Of a DNA stretch of 64,000 nucleotides, positions 1 to 9,591 are shown piece by piece. The notes beneath the pieces were generated by a model. It ran no database searches, was not told the DNA's origin, and saw nothing but the letters and a program-made list of their open reading frames with translations. Within the stretch, counting starts at the first letter, position 1, and each line of letters opens with the position of its first letter. The DNA is taken from positions 22,184 through 86,183 of the forward strand of contig CAYGDX010000003.1 in assembly GCA_964348825.1 (NCBI GenBank), read 5' to 3'. The translations under genes were made by a program, and so were the position numbers. The stretch comes from an uncultured Gammaproteobacteria bacterium. Its GTDB lineage: Bacteria; Patescibacteriota; Patescibacteriia; Veblenbacterales; UBA10138.

Positions 1-463
1 CCAGCGTACCCAAAGTAAAATACCATCCGATGGTACGATGATATTGAAATAAATAAATACTTACTTCCAGTAAAAATTCAATTCCAAAAAATACCGATAC
101 TACTCCAGAAACACGAAACATGGCTTTTTGCCAAGTAGTTAACCGACGCTTTCGCAAATAAAGTGCGACTATTAAAAAAATTATAAATAAAGGAAAACTT
201 ATATAACTATGAAGTAGTACGGCTTTAAAAGCGTATTGTTCTATCGGACAACTATCACCGGCTGACAAAAGAAACTGGGCGGTATTGGTATTACAAACTC
301 GCCAGTGATTATTATAATAACGATTTAAATCTATTAACCCACGTTGACCCAAGCTAATTAAACTTAAAACCAATAAAAAAGATAGGAATACACTGGTTGC
401 AGTGAGCCGTTCTTTAGGTGGCGCGCTATGAGCTACTTGGGGAGAATGAAGTGAGTTGGACAT
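1..463 (-). CDS. Polytopic membrane protein, truncated by the window edge (start codon at 463)
   Basis: Reverse-strand ORF beginning ATG (rc of cat at 461-463) runs off the 5' end of the window. My translation, MSNSLHSPQVAHSAPPKERLTATSVFLSFLLVLSLISLGQRG..., is hydrophobic with several predicted TM segments. It is not in the ORF track because it is open-ended. Confidence 0.35.
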   Translation of the reverse strand, partial: MSNSLHSPQVAHSAPPKERLTATSVFLSFLLVLSLISLGQRGLIDLNRYYNNHWRVCNTNTAQFLLSAGDSCPIEQYAFKAVLLHSYISFPLFIIFLIVALYLRKRRLTTWQKAMFRVSGVVSVFFGIEFLLEVSIYLFQYHRTIGWYFTLGTL

Positions 464-587
464 AAATTGATGAGCAAAAGTTAAATCTATATATTATTAT
501 ACAACGATACTATAAAAAATGTAAGGACATAAGCTAAAAATTCTAAATCCGAATATCTAAATCCGAAATAAATCCAAATTTCCAAAA

Positions 588-756
588 GTCGTGCCGCCCT
601 GTCGTAGGGTTTGTGCAGAGCGGAAGTCAAACGAGCGTCCGGCTTGGGCGTGTCTGTGGTCGCTTCGCATAGCCCGAACCAGCTCATTTGACGAGCACTG
701 TTCAAACCCGAAGACGAAGGCGGCGACTCTTGCACTACTTCTCTAGAGAAGTAGTA
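588..756 (-). ncRNA. Copy 1 (minus orientation) of a four-copy ~170-nt GC-rich structured repeat. Terminal hairpin ctacttctc-ta-gagaagtag at 735-754.
   Basis: Shares the conserved core gtcttcgggtttgaacagtgctcgtcaaatgagctggttcgggctatgc...gacgctcgtttga...ctctgcacaaaccctacgacagggcggca with the copies at 55758, 58182 and 61263. GC-rich island in AT-rich DNA. ORF 487..735 drawn through it is not conserved as coding. Confidence 0.6.
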
Positions 757-761
757 AAAAA

Positions 762-1274
762 CTAATTACTATCATAAAACATTTGGTAAAAATTGTCTTC
801 CTGCAAACTAGCTAAAAATTCTTCCGGATGCACACTTAATTCTCGTTTTAAATCAACTGGTGAAAACCATTTTACTTCAGCCACTTCTTTGGGCTCAAAT
901 TTTATATCTTTAATATCTGTGTCTAAATTAACAATATAAAATTGTGTAAAATGATTCCATTTGGTTTTAACATGAATTTTAGGTCCAATTTTTAAATCAG
1001 ACAATTTCAAATCCAACCCCAACTCTTCCTTGGTTTCTTTAATTATATTTGATTCATAAGTTTCCCCTTCTTCTACTGTACCAGCCACGGCCGGCCCCCA
1101 CTGCCCCGGATTATGTGATTTATTGTAAGCGCGCCGCGCGAGTAAAAATTCGCCTTTACTATTCGTCAACCACAAAGCCGCTACGCGATAAATAATTTTT
1201 AAATCTTTATCATCGCGCTCTTTTACTCCAATTGGATTATCATTTTCATCTACAATTATAATTTTTGATTTCAT
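762..1274 (-). CDS. NUDIX hydrolase, isopentenyl-diphosphate isomerase-like subgroup
   Basis: Nudix box GTVEEGETYESNIIKETKEELGL. The region RVAALWLTNSKGEFLLARRAYNKSHNPGQWGPAVAG resembles Idi type 1. Confidence 0.7.
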   Translation of the reverse strand: MKSKIIIVDENDNPIGVKERDDKDLKIIYRVAALWLTNSKGEFLLARRAYNKSHNPGQWGPAVAGTVEEGETYESNIIKETKEELGLDLKLSDLKIGPKIHVKTKWNHFTQFYIVNLDTDIKDIKFEPKEVAEVKWFSPVDLKRELSVHPEEFLASLQEDNFYQMFYDSN

Positions 1275-1281
1275 ATTTTTA

Positions 1282-1863
1282 TCACAAACTAATTCCCACT
1301 TGCTTAGCTAAATCTTTCACTAACTCCCAAGGTAGCCCGCGCGCACTATCTTCGCCACCTTCCACTTTTAAATAAAATGGTTTAAGCGATGATTCATCTA
1401 ATTCAAAACCTCCAGCATGACTAAAACATTTGCCTGAGGCAACATAATTATCAATCACTTCGTTTGTTACTGGTCGCCAATACACCTTGGCCACGGCCGA
1501 TCCAACCGCTTGTTCGCCAGAACTTAAATTTGTTACTGCCACGCCATTAATATGCACGGTAGGTTCGTCGCCATAACTTTGTAAAAATCTTTTAGCTTCC
1601 GCTTGGTCAACTGGCTTTTCTCTTAACTCACCTTTATAAAGCACTACTTGATCAGCTGTGATAAGTATAGCTGGTTCGTTGCATTTGATTTTAGATACCA
1701 ACGCATCGGCCTTAGCTTTGGCCAGCGCCATAGTTAATTTTATTGGATCGTCGTCGCGAATAGCTTTTTCATCAATATCAGCTGGCCTAACTTCATAAGT
1801 TAAACCTAATTTATCTAATACTGACTGACGTGATTTAGAAACTGAACCTAAAATAATTTTCAT
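1282..1863 (-). CDS. maf: Maf-like nucleoside triphosphate pyrophosphatase
   Basis: N-terminal ILGS-S-R motif, 193 aa, the typical Maf/YhdE length, with matching conserved layout. Confidence 0.8.
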   Translation of the reverse strand: MKIILGSVSKSRQSVLDKLGLTYEVRPADIDEKAIRDDDPIKLTMALAKAKADALVSKIKCNEPAILITADQVVLYKGELREKPVDQAEAKRFLQSYGDEPTVHINGVAVTNLSSGEQAVGSAVAKVYWRPVTNEVIDNYVASGKCFSHAGGFELDESSLKPFYLKVEGGEDSARGLPWELVKDLAKQVGISL

Positions 1864-1946
1864 AGGATATTAATTTATATTTCAAAATATCGACATTTTT
1901 AAATATCGAAATTTCGATATTTTGATATGTCGAAATATTAAAATTG

Positions 1947-2390
1947 TTATTTGTTTAAAATCTGTTTTAAATATTCATCAAATTCCTGATCTTGATTATT
2001 AACCCGCTTAAACTGTTGGCCTGAAAGCGCACTACCCTTTACTTTATCCACAAAACTCTGAATCAAACGTGACACTTCGTTAGTTAAACCCAAACCTTTA
2101 TTTAATACCGCTTCATTAATAAATCGGCGATCGAATGAAATATAAAGTTGCGCCCTCACTTCACCAGTTTCACCTTTAGCAATAAACAAAGCATCAATGA
2201 ATTCATTTTTAGTGCCCCGGTCAAAACCTTCGGCGATATTAGAAAGTGGTGATATAGCCGCCCGACGAATTTGTCGTTTTAAATCAAAATCTTTAAACTG
2301 AGCTTGGTCGGTAATATCAAAAATAAAATTTGCCAGTTCTCTAGCTCTTTGCCAACAAATCAAATCTTCAAACTTTTGAATTGTCGCCAT
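1947..2390 (-). CDS. Four-helix-bundle protein (23S rRNA intervening-sequence protein family)
   Basis: 147 aa. FEDLICWQRARELANFIF...IAEGFDRGTKNEF is the hallmark of the TIGR02436/PF05635 family. Confidence 0.65.
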   Translation of the reverse strand: MATIQKFEDLICWQRARELANFIFDITDQAQFKDFDLKRQIRRAAISPLSNIAEGFDRGTKNEFIDALFIAKGETGEVRAQLYISFDRRFINEAVLNKGLGLTNEVSRLIQSFVDKVKGSALSGQQFKRVNNQDQEFDEYLKQILNK

Positions 2391-2461
2391 AAAAAATTTC
2401 TTAATATTAATATATTAAAATTTTAAAATGTCGATATCTCGAAATTTCTAAATATTAAACC

Positions 2462-2920
2462 CTACCAACCCAACTCTTTAAGTGCGGCTTCAGCATAAAA
2501 TAAAACATTAGTGCGCAAATCCATCGTGCCCAACTCCTCTTTTGTTGCCCAACGGGCCAAACTTTTCTCGTGATCATTAACTGCACTAGAAATAACATCC
2601 GTACCAGCTTTTGCAAAATATACAAACGTAACGTGTTCATGATTTTCGTTTACCATATTTTTGCCCATATACCTTGGGGCAATGATAGAAAAAAAATTAT
2701 CATCTTTAAATGGGGGTATACTCCCACAAATTTCAATATCTAACCCCACCTCTTCCTTTACTTCACGAATAGCCGCCTCATTCGGATCTTCATCAAGCTC
2801 AATGTGTCCACCAATAGATAACCAATAACCATATTTATCATGCTTACGAAGTAGTATTTTATTTTTATACACAATAAAAACCTCCACCGTAAAATCAATT
2901 TTTTCATGAATGTGTGGCAT
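2462..2920 (-). CDS. NUDIX hydrolase
   Basis: Nudix box GGHIELDEDPNEAAIREVKEEVGLD. Confidence 0.75.
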   Translation of the reverse strand: MPHIHEKIDFTVEVFIVYKNKILLRKHDKYGYWLSIGGHIELDEDPNEAAIREVKEEVGLDIEICGSIPPFKDDNFFSIIAPRYMGKNMVNENHEHVTFVYFAKAGTDVISSAVNDHEKSLARWATKEELGTMDLRTNVLFYAEAALKELGW

Positions 2921-2932
2921 GATAATTACTAA

Positions 2933-3376
2933 TTAACTAATATAAAATTCTTTTTGCAAATAATTTTTTACCATCTTCGCGCTCGGTGGAAAAAGTGGTG
3001 CTGGTAAATTATTTAAATCAAACCACTGCCACTCCACAATTTCATCCGGCTCCATAACTTTTACCTCACCACTAAAATCATCACTAAACATACCTACAGT
3101 AATAAAATGGGCATGTTCATTTTTATCATTGTTTACACACATTACTTTAACCAACTTTAATTCCAAACCCGTTTCCTCCTTTACTTCACGCTTCGCACCT
3201 TCTTCAAACGATTCTCCAAATTCCATTTTACCACCTGGCATAGTCCAACTACCTTCGCCGTGAAGCTCGGAATCGGCTTTAAGTGGATCAGAATGCCGGC
3301 GCCCCAAAAGCACCTTGCCGTCTTTAAAAATCATCACCCCAAACCCGCCTCTAACCTTTTGATTATTGTCTGTCAT
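2933..3376 (-). CDS. NUDIX hydrolase
   Basis: Nudix box PGGKMEFGESFEEGAKREVKEETGLE. Confidence 0.75.
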   Translation of the reverse strand: MTDNNQKVRGGFGVMIFKDGKVLLGRRHSDPLKADSELHGEGSWTMPGGKMEFGESFEEGAKREVKEETGLELKLVKVMCVNNDKNEHAHFITVGMFSDDFSGEVKVMEPDEIVEWQWFDLNNLPAPLFPPSAKMVKNYLQKEFYIS

Positions 3377-3386
3377 ATAAATAAAA

Positions 3387-3803
3387 TTAATTAAGTAAAC
3401 CTCTTTTCAATAAATCGGGAATTATTTTATTTCTAATAATCGGAGAGGTTTTTGGATTAGTTATATAACTTTTATCAATCCAGTGAATATTTTTTACTTC
3501 TGTTGATGCTTTTGGCTCACCAATAATTTTGCCAACATATAATTTAATAGAAACATCTCTATCTGATTTACCAGCCGCAATATCAGTGTATTCATTAACA
3601 TAAACAAGCGAATTTAAATCAACTTCGCAATTTAATTCCTCTTTTATCTCCGCTTTTAACGTCTCAACTTCAGTTGCCTCTTGAAATTGACCGCCGGGCA
3701 TAATGTAATCTGAAGTAACATTACTAGGGTCTTTCTCGCAAACCAGAAACTTGGTTTGATCGTCATTTAAAATTAATAAAGCAATTTTATTATAGTACGC
3801 CAT
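3387..3803 (-). CDS. NUDIX hydrolase (divergent)
   Basis: PGGQFQEATEVETLKAEIKEELNCE Nudix-like box, 138 aa. Confidence 0.6.
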   Translation of the reverse strand: MAYYNKIALLILNDDQTKFLVCEKDPSNVTSDYIMPGGQFQEATEVETLKAEIKEELNCEVDLNSLVYVNEYTDIAAGKSDRDVSIKLYVGKIIGEPKASTEVKNIHWIDKSYITNPKTSPIIRNKIIPDLLKRGLLN

Positions 3804-3816
3804 ACATTAAAATTAA

Positions 3817-4275
3817 TTACTTTTTTAAATACATTTTCACACCTTCTAAAATACCAGAGGTAAAAAACTTTGCGGGCACCACCTTTTCTAATTTAACCCA
3901 CTCATAACCCTTATGCTCACGACTAATCTTAATTTTACCACTTACGTACTTAGCCTCAAAAAATACATACAAAACATGAATCTCTTTTTGCCTACTGCCG
4001 GATTTCTTTGGTAATAAATGCCTCCCCACCGCCACCGGCTTACCCTTCACTATAAATTTTATATTACCTATCTCTTCCCTCACTTCTCTTTCTATAACCT
4101 CCATCAAATCAGTTCTGAATTCATCTGTATCAATTCTACCTCCAGGTAAATCATAAAAACCAGCAAAACTACCACCTTCTACGGCTTTTAGAATCAACAC
4201 TTCGCCGTCTTTATTTTTCAAAAACAACTTTAATGAAATTTGATAAAAATCTTTAGTTTTTTTCATAAGAACCAT
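3817..4275 (-). CDS. NUDIX hydrolase
   Basis: LPGGRIDTDEFRTDLMEVIEREVREEIG Nudix box. Confidence 0.65.
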   Translation of the reverse strand: MVLMKKTKDFYQISLKLFLKNKDGEVLILKAVEGGSFAGFYDLPGGRIDTDEFRTDLMEVIEREVREEIGNIKFIVKGKPVAVGRHLLPKKSGSRQKEIHVLYVFFEAKYVSGKIKISREHKGYEWVKLEKVVPAKFFTSGILEGVKMYLKK

Positions 4276-4278
4276 ACT

Positions 4279-4731
4279 TTAGTTTGATACCACGTATGCG
4301 AGTACGTTAAATTCAGGATCAAAAAATTCTATCATCTCATACTCCGGCCTCACTATAACACGAAGATTGTTTGGACACTTATGTAAATACTCTTTTTTAA
4401 AATTTTCGTAGTTAGTTTCAAAATCATTGCAACCAACTTGTGGACGCTCGGGGTCTGGCTGTCTAATGCGTAAATGCGTGATTTTATTACTTCCAACTAT
4501 AATTGGCACATTCGACTCTGCTCGCGGACCATTATGAAAACTATAGACTTTTCCTATCTCGCCAAGAATTTTAGTTAATAATTCGTACTCTGACTCCGAA
4601 TGTGAAAAAATTGTCAACGACTTAATTGGAAAAGTTTTACCAACTAAATTTTCGGCCAACTTAGATGTTTCAGTGGCAATATAATGTACTGTCTCTAACA
4701 ACCCCTCTTTATTCTGAATTAATTTTTCCAT
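4279..4731 (-). CDS. Hypothetical protein embedded in the NUDIX operon
   Basis: 150-aa ORF with a 4-nt gap to its neighbours. I recognise no family. Confidence 0.4.
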   Translation of the reverse strand: MEKLIQNKEGLLETVHYIATETSKLAENLVGKTFPIKSLTIFSHSESEYELLTKILGEIGKVYSFHNGPRAESNVPIIVGSNKITHLRIRQPDPERPQVGCNDFETNYENFKKEYLHKCPNNLRVIVRPEYEMIEFFDPEFNVLAYVVSN

Positions 4732-4773
4732 TTTTATAAACTACTCAATATTAATCTCTTTATTTATAAAAAA

Positions 4774-5169
4774 TTATTCTATGTCCAACTCCTTAAAACC
4801 AGTAGCGGAGTCAAAAAATCTTTTATACGAGGCGTCATCAAATATTCCAATAACAACCTCTGCTGTAACTTCCACCTTACAACCATCTTTCAAATGACCG
4901 CCGATTACCTTACCATCTTTATCAGAAACAGATATGTGTATATGACAACCATCTTGTGAAATTGTTCCAGTTCCAGAAACAATCTCAAACGCCCCCTCAA
5001 ACTTCTTTACGATTTGATTTTGTGGAGTTGCGCCAGCCATTCTTAAATTAACCTCTTTAAGCGAACCAACAATTGACAATAAAACTCCAGCCTTAATATT
5101 TCTAGATCTATTCTCAATTTCTTCTTTTAAAAATTGATTTGGTTTTAACCGAAATGTTAGTTGCCTCAT
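4774..5169 (-). CDS. PPC/DUF296 domain protein (PD1-like DNA-binding fold)
   Basis: 131 aa. LSIVGSLKEV.LRMAG...FEIVSGTGTIS...HIHISVSDKDGKVIGGHL matches the DUF296 pattern. Confidence 0.5.
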   Translation of the reverse strand: MRQLTFRLKPNQFLKEEIENRSRNIKAGVLLSIVGSLKEVNLRMAGATPQNQIVKKFEGAFEIVSGTGTISQDGCHIHISVSDKDGKVIGGHLKDGCKVEVTAEVVIGIFDDASYKRFFDSATGFKELDIE

Positions 5170-5205
5170 AATATTATTAACTAATGAGATAATTATCTCA
5201 AATTA

Positions 5206-5703
5206 TTATGAATTAAATCTTTGCCACTCAGTTTTTTTACCTTGTCTTTTATTATCAACCATTGCCAATTCATCATAAATACCATCTATCAATTGATAAT
5301 TTTTAGCCTCTTCTAAACTAACCCAAGCAAACTGATCACTTTCTTCAGTTTGTAATATAATTTCACCCGCCACATAATCGGCCATGCACGATATTACCAG
5401 TGACGGACTGCCATCAGCATGAATCGTGGCTAAGCTGGTCACGTATTCAATATTTTCAATCTCAATCCCCACTTCCTCTTTCACCTCACGACGCAGGGTT
5501 TGTTCTAAAACATTGTACCAATAATGCTCTGTATCTTTTGGTAATTGCAAATAATCACTGGTTTCCATTTTACCACCCGGCACTGTCCACATTCCAGGAA
5601 AACGTTTTTTATTTGGTGATCGTCGTGTAATTAAATACTTTCCGTCTTTTACAATAATGGCAGTAATTACTACTTCGTGAAGATATTGATTGGTTGCGTT
5701 CAT
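5206..5703 (-). CDS. NUDIX hydrolase
   Basis: VPGGKMETSDY...LRREVKEEVGIEIE Nudix box. Confidence 0.75.
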   Translation of the reverse strand: MNATNQYLHEVVITAIIVKDGKYLITRRSPNKKRFPGMWTVPGGKMETSDYLQLPKDTEHYWYNVLEQTLRREVKEEVGIEIENIEYVTSLATIHADGSPSLVISCMADYVAGEIILQTEESDQFAWVSLEEAKNYQLIDGIYDELAMVDNKRQGKKTEWQRFNS

Positions 5704-5714
5704 AATTTTTTTAA

Positions 5715-6125
5715 TTACACAAAAAATTCTTTTAGTTCTTTTGTCACTTTAGATAACTCTTCATCAGTGGGATTGGATCGTTTGCCCTCCAAAAGAGATT
5801 TGGAAGTAATGTCATGATAATCGTGCATTGGAACAATGTGAATGTGTGTATGTGGAATATCAAATCCGGCAACTATTAGTCCAACTTTTTTAGGATTCAT
5901 TGCGCGCTCTACAATGCTTGCTAAATTTTTTACCACATTCATGAGGTGACTATATGTATCACTGTCTAAATTGTAAAAATCCGATTCATGTTTTTTGGGA
6001 ATTACGAGCAGATGTCCAGGATTAATCGGATGTTTATCAAGAAAAGCAATAACTTTATCGTCATCATATACAACATGTGCAATAACTTCTTTATTACTAA
6101 TTTTGCAGAAGATACATTCGTTCAT
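5715..6125 (-). CDS. HIT-family (histidine triad) nucleotide hydrolase
   Basis: CIFCKI N-terminus and histidine triad HTHIHIVP. Confidence 0.8.
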   Translation of the reverse strand: MNECIFCKISNKEVIAHVVYDDDKVIAFLDKHPINPGHLLVIPKKHESDFYNLDSDTYSHLMNVVKNLASIVERAMNPKKVGLIVAGFDIPHTHIHIVPMHDYHDITSKSLLEGKRSNPTDEELSKVTKELKEFFV

Positions 6126-6145
6126 AATTTTACTTTATCCTAATC

Positions 6146-8863
6146 CTAGGCCCCATGACACTTCTTATATTTCTTTCCACTCCCACACGGACACAAATCA
6201 TTCCGTCCGACTTTTTCCCCTGATTCGTCGCGCACCTTACTTTCCACTCCTGCGCTAGAAGAAGTGAGTACCTTAGCAAACACACTCCCTGCCTCCGCCA
6301 TAGTTTTAGCTGGGCCGGATTCTTGCATAGTAAATCGTGGCGCTGACTTTTCGCTTGCAATATTTTCTACCACACTCACTTTAAAAACATTGTAAACTAC
6401 TTGATCTTGAATTGAGCCAAGTAATTGTTTGTACATTTTATAACCCTCGCGCTTATATTCCACCAACGGATCGCGCTGACCATAACCTTGAAGTCCTATT
6501 CCGCCTCGCAAATGATCCATCGCGGTTAAATGTTGCACCCACAAAGTATCAATGCTACGCAGTAAAATAGTTTTTTCGGCCTCACGCATTACTTTTTCGG
6601 GCTCGGGTAATGATTGTTTGGTAGCATGATCCACTACTTTAGCTTCTAATTTTTTATATTCTTCTTTAGCCAAACTAACTAAATAATTAATAAAAGCATC
6701 GCGCTTAGCTGGTAGTGATAATGATTTATCATCACCACAAATTTCAGCCAATGCCTTACGCGCTGAGGATTCAAGTGGAAAAATAGAATTTATTACTTCA
6801 TAAATTTCTGGCAAATTCCATTGTGATTCATCTTCTAGCGCGGTATGAAATGCTACTACCTCGACGATTTCATCAGCTACATATTTTTCTACTAGCAATG
6901 ACAAGTGAGTAGTATCGCCTTCGGCCGATTTTAAAATTTCTCGTCGCTTATTATAAATTGATTCACGTTGTTTATTTAACACATCATCATATTCCACTAA
7001 GTGTTTGCGAATATCAAAATTATGACCTTCCACTTTTTTCTGCGCCGTTTCAATTGATTTAGAAACTAAACCATTCTCAATCGGCATATCATCGGGTACA
7101 TTCAGCCGATCCATTAGTCGCTTCACTCTGTCGCCACCAAAAATTCGCATTAAATCGTCTTCCAGTGATACATAAAATTGCGAGGCACCTGGATCACCTT
7201 GCCGGCCACCACGACCTCTGAGCTGATTATCAATTCGCCTTGATTCGTGTCGTTCAGTACCTAAAATCAATAACCCACCAGCTTGTTTAACTGCTTCGGC
7301 TTCTTCAACCACCACTGGACTACCACCTAAAATAATATCTACGCCACGGCCGGCCATATTTGTAGCAATCGTGACCGCCCCTTTTCGCCCCGCTTGCGCA
7401 ATAATGGCCGCTTCACGCTCATGGTGTTTAGCATTTAATACTTCGTGTGGTACGCCGGCTTGTTTTAATAATTCAGATAAAATTTCATTTTTTTCAATCG
7501 AAATGGTACCAACCAACACTGGCTGGCCTAATTCGTGCCGGCGTTTTACTTCCTGAACCACCGCTTTAAATTTACCAAGTTCGGTTTTAAAAACACTATC
7601 CGACAAATCTTTACGCACCATCAACCGATTCGGTGGCACCGCTATTACTTCCAAATTATAAATTTTGGCAAATTCTTCCGCTTCGGTGGTGGCTGTACCA
7701 GTCATACCTGATAATTTTTTATACAACCGGAAATAATTTTGAAATGTAATGGTGGCAAGGGTGAGTGACTCGCGCTGAATTTTAACACCTTCTTTAGCCT
7801 CAATCGCTTGGTGCAAACCTTCAGAGTACCTGCGACCAAACATTAAACGACCCGTAAATTCATCTACAATTACCACTTCACCTTCACGCACTACATAATC
7901 GCGATCAAGTTTAAATAAGGTGCGGGCTTTAAGCGCCTGCTCTAATAAATGTAAAATATCTAATCCCCCTTCGTATAAATTATTTATGCCTAAATGTTTT
8001 TCCGCTTTGGTTATAGCGCTTTCCGTAAAAGTAGCGGCGCGCATTTTTTCATCTACATTATAATCTTCGTTTTCGGCGAGGGTAGCTACGAACCGCGCGG
8101 CATCCAAATACTTTTCAGTAGCTTCTTCAGCTGGTGCGGAAATAATAAGTGGCGTACGTGCTTCATCAATCAAAATTGAATCTACTTCGTCTACAATCGT
8201 GTAATGAAGCGGGCGTTGTACCATTTCTGAAGCGCGCCACACCATATTGTCACGCAAATAATCAAAACCAAATTCATTGTTGGTGCCGTAAGTAATATCA
8301 GCTTGGTACGCCTCGCGACGACTCACAGCCCGTAAATTATTATAAGTGGCATCATCGTGTTTCACTTCTGGATCAAATAAATATCCGCGCTCGTGATTAA
8401 TACAAGCAACTGAAAGACCGAGTGCATTATAAATTTTACCCATCCAAATACAATCGCGCCGCGCCAAATAATCGTTCACTGTAACCACGTGCACACCCTT
8501 GCCTTCTAAGGCGTTCAAATACACGGGCAAGGTAGCAGTTAAAGTTTTACCTTCACCAGTTCTCATTTCCGCAATATTCCCACGATGTAAAATAATACCA
8601 CCCAAAATTTGCACATCAAAATGACGCTGAGAAATTACGCGCTTAGCAGTAGCGCGCACGACCGCAAACGCTTCAGGCAACAAATCATCCAGTGTTTCAC
8701 CCTTAACTAAACGTTCTTTAAACACCGCTGTGCGAGCTAACAATTCCGCCTCACTTAATTTCTCAAACTCTGATTCTAATTCGTTGACACGTGAAACAAG
8801 CGGCTGTAATTCTTTAATTACCCGCGCATTTGGATCACCAAATAATTTATCTAAAAAACTCAT
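6146..8863 (-). CDS. secA: Preprotein translocase ATPase SecA
   Basis: 905 aa. DEAD-like motor motifs ([17 protein letters not shown]), PPXP region, and C-terminal Zn finger [14 protein letters not shown]. Confidence 0.95.
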   Translation of the reverse strand: MSFLDKLFGDPNARVIKELQPLVSRVNELESEFEKLSEAELLARTAVFKERLVKGETLDDLLPEAFAVVRATAKRVISQRHFDVQILGGIILHRGNIAEMRTGEGKTLTATLPVYLNALEGKGVHVVTVNDYLARRDCIWMGKIYNALGLSVACINHERGYLFDPEVKHDDATYNNLRAVSRREAYQADITYGTNNEFGFDYLRDNMVWRASEMVQRPLHYTIVDEVDSILIDEARTPLIISAPAEEATEKYLDAARFVATLAENEDYNVDEKMRAATFTESAITKAEKHLGINNLYEGGLDILHLLEQALKARTLFKLDRDYVVREGEVVIVDEFTGRLMFGRRYSEGLHQAIEAKEGVKIQRESLTLATITFQNYFRLYKKLSGMTGTATTEAEEFAKIYNLEVIAVPPNRLMVRKDLSDSVFKTELGKFKAVVQEVKRRHELGQPVLVGTISIEKNEILSELLKQAGVPHEVLNAKHHEREAAIIAQAGRKGAVTIATNMAGRGVDIILGGSPVVVEEAEAVKQAGGLLILGTERHESRRIDNQLRGRGGRQGDPGASQFYVSLEDDLMRIFGGDRVKRLMDRLNVPDDMPIENGLVSKSIETAQKKVEGHNFDIRKHLVEYDDVLNKQRESIYNKRREILKSAEGDTTHLSLLVEKYVADEIVEVVAFHTALEDESQWNLPEIYEVINSIFPLESSARKALAEICGDDKSLSLPAKRDAFINYLVSLAKEEYKKLEAKVVDHATKQSLPEPEKVMREAEKTILLRSIDTLWVQHLTAMDHLRGGIGLQGYGQRDPLVEYKREGYKMYKQLLGSIQDQVVYNVFKVSVVENIASEKSAPRFTMQESGPAKTMAEAGSVFAKVLTSSSAGVESKVRDESGEKVGRNDLCPCGSGKKYKKCHGA

Positions 8864-8897
8864 AAAGCAGAATATACTTTAACATTTTTAACTTAAC

Positions 8898-8929
8898 TTG
8901 ACAAGCGGGCTGGTTATTGTTAACATAAT
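8898..8929 (+). promoter_or_regulatory. Candidate sigma70-type promoter for the 8984-10110 operon
   Basis: TTGACA (8898-8903), 17-nt spacer, TAACAT/cataat -10; about 55 nt upstream of the ATG at 8984, which has an AAGGA Shine-Dalgarno. Confidence 0.35.
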
Positions 8930-8983
8930 CTGAAAACTACTAGAAACAAAAACAATTACTCTTTAAAAAAAGGAATAACGAAT

Positions 8984-9211
8984 ATGAAAATAGTTTTAAC
9001 TAAAGGAGATTTATCAACCAGTACTAATACTTTAATTGAGATGATAAAATCGGCTCTTAACCTTAATAAAGAAACACCTTTGGATTTTGAAACTCAAGGA
9101 ACTAGGGTAACAATCAAAATCAAAAAATTAACCAAGAAGGATAAGTATAATCTTGAATCAATTAGAGCTGCTCTAATTGAGAAAAATGTAAACTACACAC
9201 TTGATAACTAA
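8984..9211 (+). CDS. Hypothetical small protein (75 aa)
   Basis: ORF preceded by aaaaaggaataacgaatATG (Shine-Dalgarno-like). First gene of a three-gene plus-strand unit. Confidence 0.4.
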   Translation: MKIVLTKGDLSTSTNTLIEMIKSALNLNKETPLDFETQGTRVTIKIKKLTKKDKYNLESIRAALIEKNVNYTLDN

Positions 9212-9225
9212 AAATAGGAGCATAA

Positions 9226-9582
9226 ATGAAAATACTTTGCGTCGATAATAAAGATTACCACCCCATTCTAAAAGGAATTATCCCTAAAATAACTGAGCAT
9301 TTTCTTATCATGGATAATTATAAAACCGCTGAAAAAGAAATTTCAAATTTTCAACCGGATATAATTATCTGCGCGAGATCAATCGGTCCCTACAGTGGTA
9401 TAGAATGGGTAAAGGAAATTAAAAAAACACACTCCACCCCCTGCTTAATTATCACCAGCAGTTTAGGTTCGACTGAAAAAGGTGACTTTGCCCAACAAGG
9501 ATTAAATGTGATGTCGCGTTGGGATGTAAACGAAGAAACACTACCTCAAAAAATTACTGAACTCATTAACGAAAAAAATTAA
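9226..9582 (+). CDS. Receiver (REC/CheY-like) domain protein lacking the phospho-acceptor Asp (pseudo-receiver)
   Basis: Aligns to CheY by eye: KILCVDN / ...PDIIICARSIGPYSGIEWVKEIK / TPCLIITSS / RWDV. The position of D57 is Ala. Confidence 0.5.
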   Translation: MKILCVDNKDYHPILKGIIPKITEHFLIMDNYKTAEKEISNFQPDIIICARSIGPYSGIEWVKEIKKTHSTPCLIITSSLGSTEKGDFAQQGLNVMSRWDVNEETLPQKITELINEKN

Positions 9583-9591
9583 GGAAAAATT

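Noticed and set aside
520-590. CRISPR-like appearance of short AT-rich direct repeats (taaatccgaa x3 here; aaatcctaa, cgaaatttcga and cattagaac arrays elsewhere)
   Set aside because: Repeat units are only 9-10 nt with irregular 0-8 nt spacing and no unique spacers. They are arranged as inverted arrays around promoters, and no cas genes are present.
487-735. ORFs drawn through the four structured repeats (487..735, 55762..55947, 61281..61634), two of which share an ESPP.S.GLNSARQ.SW.GLC peptide
   Set aside because: The similarity follows from roughly 90% nucleotide identity of the repeats. The ORFs lie on different strands in different copies, and 1-nt indels between copies break the frames. 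All are GC-rich islands of non-coding type with no start context.
7371-7556. Many short antisense ORFs inside large genes (2455, 5400, 5995, 6130, 7371, 7994, 11508, 13235, 15768, 18196, 19707, 21304, 24725, 26352, 27306, 27551, 29320, 29683, 29777, 31446, 31504, 41586, 43021, 43411, 43836, 44834, 48480, 49490, 51409, 51826, 52016, 52647, 52666, 53011, 54349, 58358, 58842, 61689, 62397, 62992)
   Set aside because: Each lies fully inside a longer, family-assignable gene on the opposite strand or in another frame; they are typical spurious ORFs.
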